NCBI GenBank assembly: GCA_965219995.1
Contig: CBDCOX010000002.1
Location: 4,608,001-4,672,000, forward strand
Length of the DNA stretch: 64,000 nucleotides
Origin: Candidatus Latescibacterota bacterium
GTDB taxonomy: Bacteria > Latescibacterota > UBA2968 > GCA-2709665
Reading direction: 5' to 3'
Below are positions 9,801 to 18,400 of the stretch, in pieces (the first letter of the stretch is position 1; the number at the start of each line of letters is the position of its first letter). A program made the position numbers and the translations under genes. The notes beneath the pieces were generated by a model. It made no database searches. It was not told the origin of the DNA and saw nothing but the letters and a program-made list of their open reading frames with translations.

Positions 9801-12509
9801 GAACGCGAGCTGACGGTGCCGTTGTCGGTGACGCCGAATGGCGGCGCCACAACGGAAGACTATGAGGGAGTACCTGAGTACGTCACATTTGGTACCGGCG
9901 AGATGGAGAAGGCATTCGAAGTCACCGCTGTCGACGACGACGTGGACGATGACGACGAGAGCCTGACCATCGGTTTCGGCGCGTTACCCGAGCGGGTTCG
10001 CGCGGGGGACCCAGCCAGCGCATTGGTAAATCTCCTGGACAACGACGACCCCGTGACGGCCGTTTCGTTTGGCAAATCCACTTATGAGACGGAGGAAGGC
10101 GGTAGTCCTGCGCGCGTGGCGGTGCTGTTGAGCGTGGACCCGGAACGGGAGGTGACCATACCGATCACCGCGACGCCGGGCAACGGCGCCGCGCGGGTGG
10201 ACTACAATGGCCTGCCGCCAGGAGTGACCTTCAATCCGGGCGAGACTGAGATGTCCTTTGAATTGACCGCCGCCGATGACGATTACGACGACGACGACGA
10301 GGACCTCACCCTGGGGTTCGGCGCGCTTCCCCCCAGGGTTGAAGCCGGTCTGCACACGACCGCCCTCGTCACGATCATTGATAACGATGAACGCGGCGTG
10401 ACCGTCTCTGCGGCGGACCTTGCCGTTCCCGAGGGTGGCGCGGGAACCTATTCGCTGGTGCTTCACAGCGCGCCCACGGCGCCCGTAACCGTCGCGGTTA
10501 CAGGAATGGCCGGCACGGACGTGTCCGTAGAACAGCCGCGGCTGACGTTCTCCCCGGATGGTTGGGATACGCCGCAGGAAGTCGTCGTACGTGCCCTGGA
10601 CGACGCCGATGCCGTGGTTGACGTGGTGACGCTGCAACACACGATCAGCGGCGGTGACTATGACGGGGAGGTCGTGCCGGGTGTTTCCGTCACCGTCATC
10701 GAAGACGACGTGCCGGCGGCATCGGTTGGAGACCGGCAGGGCGCCGAACACGCCGGCGAGCTGGTGTTCACGGTAGCACTGGACATCCCCAGCAGCAAGG
10801 ACGTCACCGTGAGATACGCGACCGCCAGCGGCACGGCTTTGTCCAGCGCCGACTTCACGGCGACCCAGGGCATATTGCGCTTTGCCGCCTTGGAAACCCG
10901 GCAGGCCATCCGGGTGCCGATTACGGACGACAACGTGGAAGAAGACACTGAGACGTTTACGGTGATGCTGGCCGAACCTGAGAACGCAACCCTGAATGCC
11001 GGCCGGAAGGCGGCGACGGGAACGATCGAGGACAACGACGCCGCGATACGGGCGCTTGAGATATTTCTGTCGAGCGTAGGTCGGATGGTCGCTTCCGACG
11101 CGATCGAAGTCATCTCCCGCCGGTTCGATCAGCGCGCCGGCATGCGGCCCCGGTTCACCGTGCACGGGACGCCGCTGGCCCCTCGCGCGCACAACGGCGC
11201 GGACGCCCAGCGCCGCGGCGCCCGGCCCGAGCGGATCGTGCCGACGACCCACGGCGTCCCGGTCTGGATACCAGCCGAAGCGCTGGCGTCGCAGCAATAC
11301 GGTCTGAGTCTGCGTGTACCTCACCTGCGCCCGATAACGGTGTGGGACGTGCTTTCTCGCAGTGACTTCGAGCTGCCCATGAAGAATTCGAAGAATGCCG
11401 GCGGGTGGACGCTCTGGGGACGCGGCGCCCTGGGCGGTTTCTCCGGGGTGCCCACCGCCATTCGGCGCATGGAAGCCGACGCGTTCAGCAGTTACGTCGG
11501 CATCGATTACAACGTGCGTGCGAAGGCGCTGCTGGGGCTGGCGCTGACCCACAGCCTGGGTGATTTGAGCTACAGCGCCGCCAATTCCGCGCGGACGATC
11601 GTGCCGATCGACTTCGGGATCACCACCGTTCTTCCGTATCTCCATCTGCGACTCCATCCCAGGTTCGGGACGTGGGGTCTTTCGGGCATCGGCCGCGGTA
11701 CCGTGGAGATGTCGGACGCGCACGGCGCTTACGATACCGAGGTGACGCTGCTGATGGGCGCCGGCGGCGCGAGACAGAACCTGGTGTCACGGGGTCACTT
11801 CGAGTTTGCGTTGAAAGGGGATGCGTTTTACGTGCAGACGGAGTCGGATCCGAGCGCCCGGCTGCCGAGCGTGAAGGAGGAGGCGAAACGCGTGCGCGTT
11901 CTGATCGAGGGAAGCCGCACCTACAACGTGGGACGGGCGTCACGGATGAGTCAGAGCCTTGAAATCGGGGGTCGATGGGACAGGGGGCGCCTGGAGGACG
12001 GCAGGGGCGTGGACGTGGGCGGCGGCATCGACTATGGGCACACGCAGCGCGGCGTCAGCCTGGCGGCACGGGGCAGGTATCTGCTGGTACACGAGCAGGA
12101 AGGGTACGAGGAATGGGGGGCCAGCCTGATCCTGCGCATCAATCCGGGAAGCGGAAGGCGGGGACTCGTGATGGATGTCTCGCCGGTATGGGGGATGCCC
12201 ACGAACACGACCGGTGAGCTCTGGCCCGACGCATACGAACTGGCGTTCAGTGGCGCGGGGGACCCCGGCGCGAGGCCGGATCGAATTGAAGTCGACGTCG
12301 GATACCAGTTCCTGACGTACGCCGGCGAGGGGCTGATTACGCCATACGCGGGATGGTCCGCCGGAAGCCGCGGCAGTCAACGCTATCGCATCGGCGGCAG
12401 AATGAGAGTGGGCCGGGATCTCAGCGTGAACGTACAGGGAAGACGCGACACGCGGCAAACTGGCGACGCGACGCATGGCGTCAGAATCCTTGGGCACGTC
12501 TACTGGTAG
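3879..12509 (+). CDS. Giant repetitive autotransporter-like adhesin (Ig/Calx-beta-like Asp-rich repeats, C-terminal beta-barrel)
   Basis: GAGGAGG RBS; signal-like segment ending in VRAQ; many ~106-aa repeats (SLTVxEG..YTVKL..P..VTV..LTF...W...QTVTV..DDD), Calx-beta-like repeats; C-terminal region with WTLWGRG, alternating beta-strands and a terminal aromatic residue (HVYW). Confidence 0.8.
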   Translation: MLFGFRARPVVSNNPTRSESPRIPHETAMAAIVFLASFLAASQVRAQSQAITLSETSLSVDESNSATYTVKLATQPTGDVTVTITGTSGTDLDLDKTSLTFTTSTWSTVQTVRVTADGDTDATDDFVTLAHTASGADYASVTKELPVTVEDITNVTLTVTGLDLLSMSEYTDDTRTISARLSRSLSDDVTLTVTASPDDATTTSGDYTLSPDPAEITISAGDSLTSDEVVFTAVDDFNDRHKNVQLTLTVDNARVTVSGGTTRDIFIRSDDLASISLELAPDPIFENGRASRVTATMAYSDRVKEQVTLTISAEAASSTVAGDFTLTGGPLTFAPGAHTSQGTVMIAANDDADMDDETVTVTGKVTGGRSVIEPEPLTLNIVDDDETGLVTMSLRLTPERIRESGGFNVSTVTAEVSRPLTQPATVTVSASPNPENAETTADDYALSTNLELLIAAGETESKGRVTLTAVDNSLYEGTHKSVLVTGTVTGNAGVAAPPQRELTILEDDVKATVQLIATPQTIDEDGGVSTITAVSHLPMPETVTFDVRVSGSAVTLSDNVTLTLAQGETNSTGTVTVTAGDISGTNHTSVSISRQNLSSSSFTVKTTRILVIDDDYTGSQLWMRLSPGDMVEGQNQVSTVSAYLTQALSENVTVTVAIDEDYTSAFPDEYTLSTNRTLTISAGDTTSTGTVTLTSVDNDYYSARHGYRVGYTYEVTGPAGLQTRKLQDSWSIREDESPTVVTLVLTPDAIDENGGESTVTAELNSAVRSNLTLTVLADGSGDVTQNGTTLTIAEGSKTSTGTVTLTAVDNAMDALDKFVRVRGSLTVAEDLPFSIVFPYGRQLTITDDDEADLVLSTASLTVTEGADPGGTYTVKLATEPTSDVSVSIGLPSGTDVSVNPSSLTFTPTTWNTERTVTVSAAHDDDASNDSATLTHMATGGGYGSVSKDVSVTVNEDDEPALVLSGTSLTVAEGADPGETYTVKLDTKPTASVTVTIGGTADTDLTPDKTSLTFSTTNWNVEQTVTVSAAEDDDAVDDSATLTHTASGGDYGSVSKDLPVTVTDDDEAEIVLSPTSLGVVENQDAAYEVKLATKPTATVTVSITGHTGTDLTPDKTSLTFSTTNWNTEQTVTVSAGDDSDAAADEETLTHTAEGGDYGSVSKDLAVTVTDDDQAGIAISQPSLDVDEGDIYAYTVKLATQPTAPVTVSIGGHSDTDLILDRTSLTFSTTTWNTEQTVEVTAAHDDDASNDSATLTHTASGGDYGSVSKDLPVTVTDDDEVDIVLFPESLDVLEDGSSTYTVRLATEPTAGVTVTIGGHTGTDLTLDTTELTFTPTGWNAAQTVRVSAGDDDDGGSESATLTHTATGGDYAFVTRDLPVTITDDDAAGLVLSPSSLNVEEGTDVSYTVRLATEPTDAVTVTIGGTSGTDLILDRTSLTFSTSAWSTEQTVQVTVAADEDGRNDLATLTHTASGGDYGSVSRDLRVLVSDGDDEALVLSRGSLTVEEGTMATYTVKLATMPLGNVEVNVAVTGETDVSVNPTRLTFTPSDWATWQTVRVSAAHDDDALDDQETATHSASGAGYGSVSKALTVVVADDDEPDLVFLPTSLTVGEGTDATYRVNLATEPSSDVTVTIGGGREADLTLETNSLTFARWNWYAAQTVKVSAGHDDDTVNDRGTLTHSAAGGDYGSVRKRLPVVVTDDDAGGGGGGGRGGAPAAIVISPSSLTVDEGAHAAYSVALAAQPTSDVTVTIGGAGGTDLSLDRTDLTFSTTAWNTPQSVRVSAAHDDDAVNDTVTLTHNGSGGGYGSVSRDLGVTVRDDDEEIQQTVEVTVYFDRETHTAVEGGSPARVTVRVMLNVDPDRVLTVPLAVTLNGGATGDDYEGVPEEVTFGRGEMEKAFHVTAIDDDVDDDDESLTIGFGALPDGALAGRPVSTLVHLQDNDDPVTTVSFDRSTYEAAEGGSPARVTVRVMLNRDPERELTVPLSVTPNGGATTEDYEGVPEYVTFGTGEMEKAFEVTAVDDDVDDDDESLTIGFGALPERVRAGDPASALVNLLDNDDPVTAVSFGKSTYETEEGGSPARVAVLLSVDPEREVTIPITATPGNGAARVDYNGLPPGVTFNPGETEMSFELTAADDDYDDDDEDLTLGFGALPPRVEAGLHTTALVTIIDNDERGVTVSAADLAVPEGGAGTYSLVLHSAPTAPVTVAVTGMAGTDVSVEQPRLTFSPDGWDTPQEVVVRALDDADAVVDVVTLQHTISGGDYDGEVVPGVSVTVIEDDVPAASVGDRQGAEHAGELVFTVALDIPSSKDVTVRYATASGTALSSADFTATQGILRFAALETRQAIRVPITDDNVEEDTETFTVMLAEPENATLNAGRKAATGTIEDNDAAIRALEIFLSSVGRMVASDAIEVISRRFDQRAGMRPRFTVHGTPLAPRAHNGADAQRRGARPERIVPTTHGVPVWIPAEALASQQYGLSLRVPHLRPITVWDVLSRSDFELPMKNSKNAGGWTLWGRGALGGFSGVPTAIRRMEADAFSSYVGIDYNVRAKALLGLALTHSLGDLSYSAANSARTIVPIDFGITTVLPYLHLRLHPRFGTWGLSGIGRGTVEMSDAHGAYDTEVTLLMGAGGARQNLVSRGHFEFALKGDAFYVQTESDPSARLPSVKEEAKRVRVLIEGSRTYNVGRASRMSQSLEIGGRWDRGRLEDGRGVDVGGGIDYGHTQRGVSLAARGRYLLVHEQEGYEEWGASLILRINPGSGRRGLVMDVSPVWGMPTNTTGELWPDAYELAFSGAGDPGARPDRIEVDVGYQFLTYAGEGLITPYAGWSAGSRGSQRYRIGGRMRVGRDLSVNVQGRRDTRQTGDATHGVRILGHVYW
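6430..10380 (+). repeat. Intragenic tandem repeats with 318-bp and 348-bp periods
   Basis: Near-identical blocks at 6896 and 7214 (318 bp apart) and at 9551 and 9899 (348 bp apart). Confidence 0.85.
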
Positions 12510-12824
12510 ATCCCTCGTGAACAGCACAGAGTGGGTTCGGCCATTCCTGAAGATCGGCCGGGCTGGCGACGGAAAGGGGGGCAGTGCGAACGTCGTTATA
12601 GGGATTTCGATCACAGGCAATTCCTAATAACCACTACGTATACTCGATTCTGGATCGCTGTTCCCCGCCGTGCAATGCAACCGTTGGGGAGGATCGGATG
12701 GACCCCGGGAAAGAGATGGTGTCTCGTTTGAATGATCGGTCCTGATCGATGGACCGTTGTCATATAAAAGAGGTCAGTTAACCCTGATTGCCATTTCGAC
12801 ATTGTCACTTTGGAAAGGAGAACC

Positions 12825-14687
12825 GTGATGGCGCGAGGTTTTCAACTGTTCGCTCCGACATGCATGATTCCGGTTGCCGGTCTTCTGGTACTAATCGCCG
12901 TCTTGTCCAATGCGCACCCCGCCTCGGCGCAGGCATCGGTAGATTGTGTACCCCCTCCCGGCGTAGCGCCACCTGAGGAACCGAGTGTTACGGCGCAACA
13001 GGTGGAAGACGGCAGCGCCAGCCTTCAGGAATTTGTGCTGGCCACGAGGGAAGTATTCGTTCGTCAGCTCCAGGCGGCTGAGAATCTGGGACAAGTGTTG
13101 TACTACGGATGTCTCTTCCGGCAAGAGGGGAGCTATTGGAATTCCGGTTCCACGTATCTCGTGTATCTGAGGTCCGATGGCAACTTGTTGATTCACACGC
13201 AGAACATGGCATTGTCGAGCAGGCGACTCAACCCCCAAATTTATGCGGAAATCCTTTCTGCGCTGGGCGTCTCCTCAGCCGTTCTGGCCAACATGGCTTC
13301 TCCCGATTCTGCAATTGCCGCCCAGGCTTTTGCCGCCGTCGTAGGCGTATTGTCGCAAGAACCGGATGGCGCATTCGATGCGAGCACCCCTATACCAGGC
13401 CTGCGACCTGGCATACCAGGCGCTTCCGGCTATGCCGCCGTATTTTTGTCGGACTTTTATAGAGGTCCGATTGTGCTGATGGCGGGATTCGAACTCGATG
13501 AAACTCATGTGATTGAAGAGGAGATCGATTACGGCACCCCGACCATTACCGCCAGGGACGTGGTGGACCGAGAAACCTTGAAAGCCTTTGTCACGGAAGC
13601 AGGTGAGTATTGTCTCGAACTTCGGAAAACCGGCAATTTCCCCGGTGGGATTGCCAGGACCGCCTTGCGGGATCCGAACGGACCCTGGAGACACGGTAAC
13701 GTGTACCTCTACGTCCTGGATCTTACGAGCAACATAGTCCTATTGCACGCCGCGTTTCCGAACCGATTCGAGCTTCGGCCTCTGGTAGGGATTGCCCGGG
13801 ACGGCGTTACCGGAGAGCTCATACTACCGCAGGTCATCGAAGCGGCGAAAAATGACCCGGAAGGCGGCTTCGTGGAGTATTTCTACGACGATCCCGCTGA
13901 CGATACCGACAGAGCCGATGTCCCCAAGGTGGGATACGCACGTGAGTTCAAAACGAAAACCGAGGTAGGCGGAAACGTAATCCCGTTCGATTTCATCGTC
14001 GGATCGGGTTTTTACGGGAGCGCACCGGATGTTGTCGCGACGGGCCACCGTACGGTCGTGGGGGCCAAGGTCCTGGGAGACGCCGTGGAGGGGTTGGACG
14101 TCGAGTTTTCCCGGGCCATCGCCGGGCGCCCGTCCAGCTACGACTGGAGCGCCGTCACCAATGCCAATGGCGTTTTTACCCTGACCATTTCCAGCGCGGA
14201 CGGGGTGAGCGGCTACTACCGGGCCCGCGCCCGCAACGCCGTGGGCGACGTCGTGGGCCGGTGGCACAGCATTCCCCTCAACCGCAATCAACGCCAGATC
14301 CTGGAATTGACGCTGGGCGGCGGGATGAGGGTCGTACGGGTCGAACCGTTGGCCGCGGGCAAGCTGGCGATCGCGGCCGAGCCGGTGGCTTCACCCGAGA
14401 CTGAAGTCGTACTCAGCGGTCTGGCGCCCAATTCGCCCAATCCGTTCAACAGCGCCACGGTGATCACATACCACCTGGCCGGCCCCGGCCCGGTGAAGCT
14501 GGTGATCTACAACGTGCTGGGTCAGCCGGTACGCACCCTGGTGGATGCGTCCCAGGCCGGCGGCGCCTACCAGGTCCGGTGGGATGCGCGCGACGAGGGT
14601 GGCGTCCTGCTGTCGACTGGGGTCTACATCGCACGCCTGAGCTATCCCGGCGGGGTGCAGACGCAACGGTTGCTCTACCTCAAGTAG
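12825..14687 (+). CDS. Secreted protein with tandem Cache-like domains, a ~95-aa shared module and a C-terminal FlgD_Ig/T9SS-CTD-like domain
   Basis: GGAAAGGAG RBS; signal peptide ending in ASA-Q; sCache_2-like motifs (YLYVLD..NIVLLHAAFP, GGFVEYFYDDP..KVGYA..IVGSGFY); C-terminus PNSPNPFNS..I.Y.L..IYNVLGQ.VRTLV..WDARD..GVY..RL. Confidence 0.75.
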   Translation: MMARGFQLFAPTCMIPVAGLLVLIAVLSNAHPASAQASVDCVPPPGVAPPEEPSVTAQQVEDGSASLQEFVLATREVFVRQLQAAENLGQVLYYGCLFRQEGSYWNSGSTYLVYLRSDGNLLIHTQNMALSSRRLNPQIYAEILSALGVSSAVLANMASPDSAIAAQAFAAVVGVLSQEPDGAFDASTPIPGLRPGIPGASGYAAVFLSDFYRGPIVLMAGFELDETHVIEEEIDYGTPTITARDVVDRETLKAFVTEAGEYCLELRKTGNFPGGIARTALRDPNGPWRHGNVYLYVLDLTSNIVLLHAAFPNRFELRPLVGIARDGVTGELILPQVIEAAKNDPEGGFVEYFYDDPADDTDRADVPKVGYAREFKTKTEVGGNVIPFDFIVGSGFYGSAPDVVATGHRTVVGAKVLGDAVEGLDVEFSRAIAGRPSSYDWSAVTNANGVFTLTISSADGVSGYYRARARNAVGDVVGRWHSIPLNRNQRQILELTLGGGMRVVRVEPLAAGKLAIAAEPVASPETEVVLSGLAPNSPNPFNSATVITYHLAGPGPVKLVIYNVLGQPVRTLVDASQAGGAYQVRWDARDEGGVLLSTGVYIARLSYPGGVQTQRLLYLK

Positions 14688-14718
14688 CGTGATCCGGTTG
14701 CGCAGGGTATTCTCTCCT

Positions 14719-14786
14719 GAGAACCCGTCCGGAGACACCCGATCTGCCTTGGCCACGAGGCTCGCGGGGTCTTCGGACGGGTTCTC
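14719..14786. repeat. 18-bp inverted repeat (hairpin, terminator-like or mini-element)
   Basis: GAGAACCCGTCCGGAGAC ... GTCTTCGGACGGGTTCTC just downstream of the stop codon. Confidence 0.55.
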
Positions 14787-14910
14787 TCTAGCGGATTTCC
14801 TTGACATGAAGAGACTTTGACCGATTCGATCGCGGGCAGGTCAGACCATGGAAGCCGATGTCAAGGTGTGTCGGACATTCCTGTCTGCCCGTCTTAATGC
14901 CGCGTCTTTC

Positions 14911-15410
14911 GTTGATGTCCTGAACCCCGCCTGCCCCTGCGGGAACGGTGCTCGCCGAAATCCTGTTTCCCTCCTGACGCTTTTTAATTTGTAGCGTCAT
15001 TCCCTTCTCCTGCGCCGGCCTTCGCGTCCCACTTGACGGTTTGAAACAAGAAGCAGATGCGGCAGGAATATCAACCCGTGTTGGCCGGTTCTCTCCCAGG
15101 TTGGCCCCGAATGGGGTCATTTTCAGCGAAATATCATCGAACACGAGTGAAAATTCATTGATATATCATAAGTTTAGCTTAACTCAAAAACACTTTTCCA
15201 TTATATTTATAACTAAGGCAGGCGATCGCCTGGTCCACTCGCGGCATCGTCCAGCGTTTCTGCAAGTCAGGACGAAGCCGGGCTTCGCCTGCGAAATTCG
15301 GGTTGGCATTGTTCAGAGACGGTAATACACGATGGCATCTTCGGGAGCCGATCCTCCTGGATCAGGGTCGGCTGCCGCGACGCAAGTGGAGTCATTTAGA
15401 GGACCGGACG
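14911..15410 (+). repeat. Conserved leader/promoter cassette, copy 2 (most complete)
   Basis: 14911-15351 is a direct repeat of 20123-20560 (roughly 90% or more identical by eye); TCA at 15123/15134/15155/15166; TTAACT-17-TATATT at 15179-15207. Confidence 0.9.
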
Positions 15411-15487
15411 CTCCGGATACTCGCTGTCTGCCGGTCACGTCGTCTCGGAGCAACACAGTCCTGCTGCACTCTTGTCCGGGAGGATGA

Positions 15488-18400
15488 ATGAAAGCAGCGA
15501 TCCGTTGTCTTATCGCAATGCTGATGGTCGTTTGCGTCGAGACAGATCCTGCGTTGGAAGGCCGTATCCCATTGGGGTCCGGCGCTTCCGCGACGGAAGT
15601 GAATGATGACCTCGACGCCCTTCTCGATGGTGTGGCTGAGGTCGCCATGCCGCCGGGTGGGCCCGGCGCCATGTGCGTGTACGGTCCCGAGGCCTTTCCG
15701 GTGATCGTCGGCGCCGCAAGTTCGTCCGTGAACGGAGCGCGCGCACCGGTTGTCGCTGCCGGCTACTGGGAGGGTGGCCGGATGGTCGCTGTCGGTTCTT
15801 TGGGCCTCTTGTTTTTGCAATCCACACTTGAGACGGCCCATAACGGCCGCCTGATGGAGAACGCGCTGCATTGGGCCGCCGGGAAGACACGTCCGGATCG
15901 TCCACGCATCGGCGTGGTAGGAAACCGTGATCTGCGGCTGTGGCTGAAGCAGGCCGGGTACGATGTCGTCGAGACAGCACTCACCATCGCGTCTCTTCGG
16001 ACGGTCGACGTCGTGGCCATGACCATGTGGGACGAGACCGAGCAGGAGGTCTCAGCGCTCCTGGCGTTCGTACGCGCCGGCGGCGGTCTTGTGGCGCAGT
16101 CCTCTGGATGGTTTTGGGCTGATCGGCACCCGGACCTGGATCTGGCCGGCGACTTTGCCGGCAACCGGCTGCTAGCGCGCGTCGGAATTCAATGGACCGG
16201 GTTAACCGCCAATCCCACGTCGACGTTGGGCTTCACCGTCGATGGACCTCCCGATGAACTGACACACGCCGCCCGGGCGCTCGACGCGGTCGAGGCGAAC
16301 GGGTTGACCCAACCGGAATTGGCACAAGCCACGTACACATTGACAAGCACCTTGTACTCCTTACCTCCTGACGATACGCTGTTTGCGCCGCGCCTTCACG
16401 TGTTGATCGAGCCCGATGAGTACCGGTGGCCCTCGGCCGAACGCCCGGTGGAGGAGGCCGATTTACTTGACCGCCTGGCTGCCACGCTCTTCGTAACTGA
16501 GAATCTCCGTACGCCGGCCGAGTCCGTGCGCGCGCATCCCGCGGCCGCGGATTTCCCCGGATCCGTCCCGGCGGATGCTCCGCGCCTCAGTCGCACCGTC
16601 ACCATTGACGCGACCAAACCCGCCGGGCACACCACGAGCCCCTGGTCGGAGCCGCACAAGCACCGCTGGCACTCCACCGGCCTCTACGCCGCGCCCGGCG
16701 AGTTGATTACGGTGACCGTACCGTCCGCGGTCGCCGCGGCCGGCCTCCATGTGCGTGTGGGCGCCCACAGCGACGCCAACTGGAACCGTACCGAGTGGAC
16801 GCGCATGCCCGAAATCGGTCGCCGCTTCCCTATCTCCTCGACCACGACCCTCGCGGCCAATGCATTCGGCGGCCTCATCTACGTCGAGGTCCCGGTCAAC
16901 GCCGACCTCGGGAGAATCACCGTCATGATCGAGGGCGCCGTGGCGGCGCCTATCTTCGTGCTGGGCGAGACGGATCCCGCCGAATGGCGCAGCGAGATCC
17001 GCCATGCGCCCGCGCCGTGGGGCGAAATCGCAGGGCGGAATATGATCGTCACCATCCCTGCTTCCGAGGTGCGCGACCTCGACGACCCAGCCGCCGTGGC
17101 GGAGACCTGGGACCGCATTCTCGACCTGAACGCTGAGTTGGCTGCATGGCCCTCGCCGGCGCGCGTGAGACCGGAGCGATTCGTCATTGACCGGCAGACC
17201 TCGCATGGCTACATGCATTCCGGCTATCCCATCGTGGCTCAACTGGACCAGCCGGTCAACCTGGTCAGCGTGGAGCACCTGCGCTCGGAGGGCCAATGGG
17301 GCCCCTTTCACGAGGTGGGCCACAACCACCAGAGCCGCGACTGGACGTTCGACGGCACGGTTGAGGTGGCGGTCAACCTGTTCACGCTGTACGTCTATGA
17401 GTACCTGTGCGGGATTCCGGTGGCCAGGAGCTATCGCGAATGGGCCGACCCCCGCTCACAGGCGATGATCGCGAATTACGACTTCGATAACCCGGACTTC
17501 GAGCTGTGGAAGCGCGAGCCGACTCTGGCCCTGTACATGTACGTGCAGCTGCAGCAGGCGTTCGGCTGGGAAGCCTACCGTCAGGTTTTCGCCACGTACC
17601 GAGCCCTGTCCGACGCCGAGCGCCCGAAGAACGACGACGAGAAGCGCGACCAGTGGCTGGTGCGCTTTTCGCGCCAGGTGCGTCGCAACCTCGGCCCGTT
17701 CTTCGAGGCGTGGGGCGTGCCGACGTCGGCGGCCGCGCGGGCGTCGATCGGCGAACTGCCGGTATGGCTGCCGTCGGAGTTTTCCACGCTGACGATCGTC
17801 TCCGGGAACGGCCAGCATGGCGCGCCGGGGGACGCGCTGGCCAGGCCCCTGGTGGTGGAAGTGATAGATCCGTATGGAAAGGTGCTGCCTGGCGCTTCCG
17901 TGACCTTCAAGGTCACCGCCGGCGACGGGAAGCTCAGCGGCCGGTTCTCGACGGAACACGTCACGAGCGATGCCCTCGGCCGGGCGGAGCTACCCTTTAC
18001 GCTCGGTCCCGATCCGGGTCCGAACACTGTGGTCGTGTCCATCGGCGAGCGTGAATTGGCGACGTTTACGGCACAAGGCGTTGGTCCCATGGTGGGTGGA
18101 CTGAAGGGAGACTACCGGACCTGGCATCTGCCCGACGGGGCGACCCTGCGACTCGGCAAGGGAGCAATGGGTCAAGGTGACCGGGCAGTGGCGCTTTCCG
18201 CGGACGGCCGATTTCTGGCCGTCGCCAGCGACATCGGCGTGTGGCTGTACGAAGCGGCCACTTCTGGCATCCTGGCGCTGCTGCCGACGGAGCGTCCCGT
18301 CATTTCCGTTACGTTCTCGATCGACGGACTCCTGGCGGCGGGGATGGAGAATTCAGGGATCATCCAGCTCTGGGGGGTGGAAACGGGCGCGTCAAGAGGA

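Noticed and set aside
6430-10380. Regular repeats as a possible CRISPR array or DGR template/variable pair
   Set aside because: They are in-frame coding repeats of 318/348 bp with no spacers, no adenine-specific mismatch pattern noticed, and no cas or reverse transcriptase gene in the window
6264-11723. Long minus-strand ORFs (353, 501 and 579 aa) and repeated 64-aa MCVSV ORFs
   Set aside because: Antisense shadows of the repetitive high-GC autotransporter gene
12755-12810. TTGTCAT/GTCAG/TTGTCAC motifs as another copy of the phased operator
   Set aside because: Spacing is not 11-bp periodic and no matching -10 was found
14788-15325. ORFs of 118 and 94 aa over the leader, and the similar 144-aa ORF at 19895-20329
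   Set aside because: Their similarity comes from the non-coding repeat; frames are not preserved between copies
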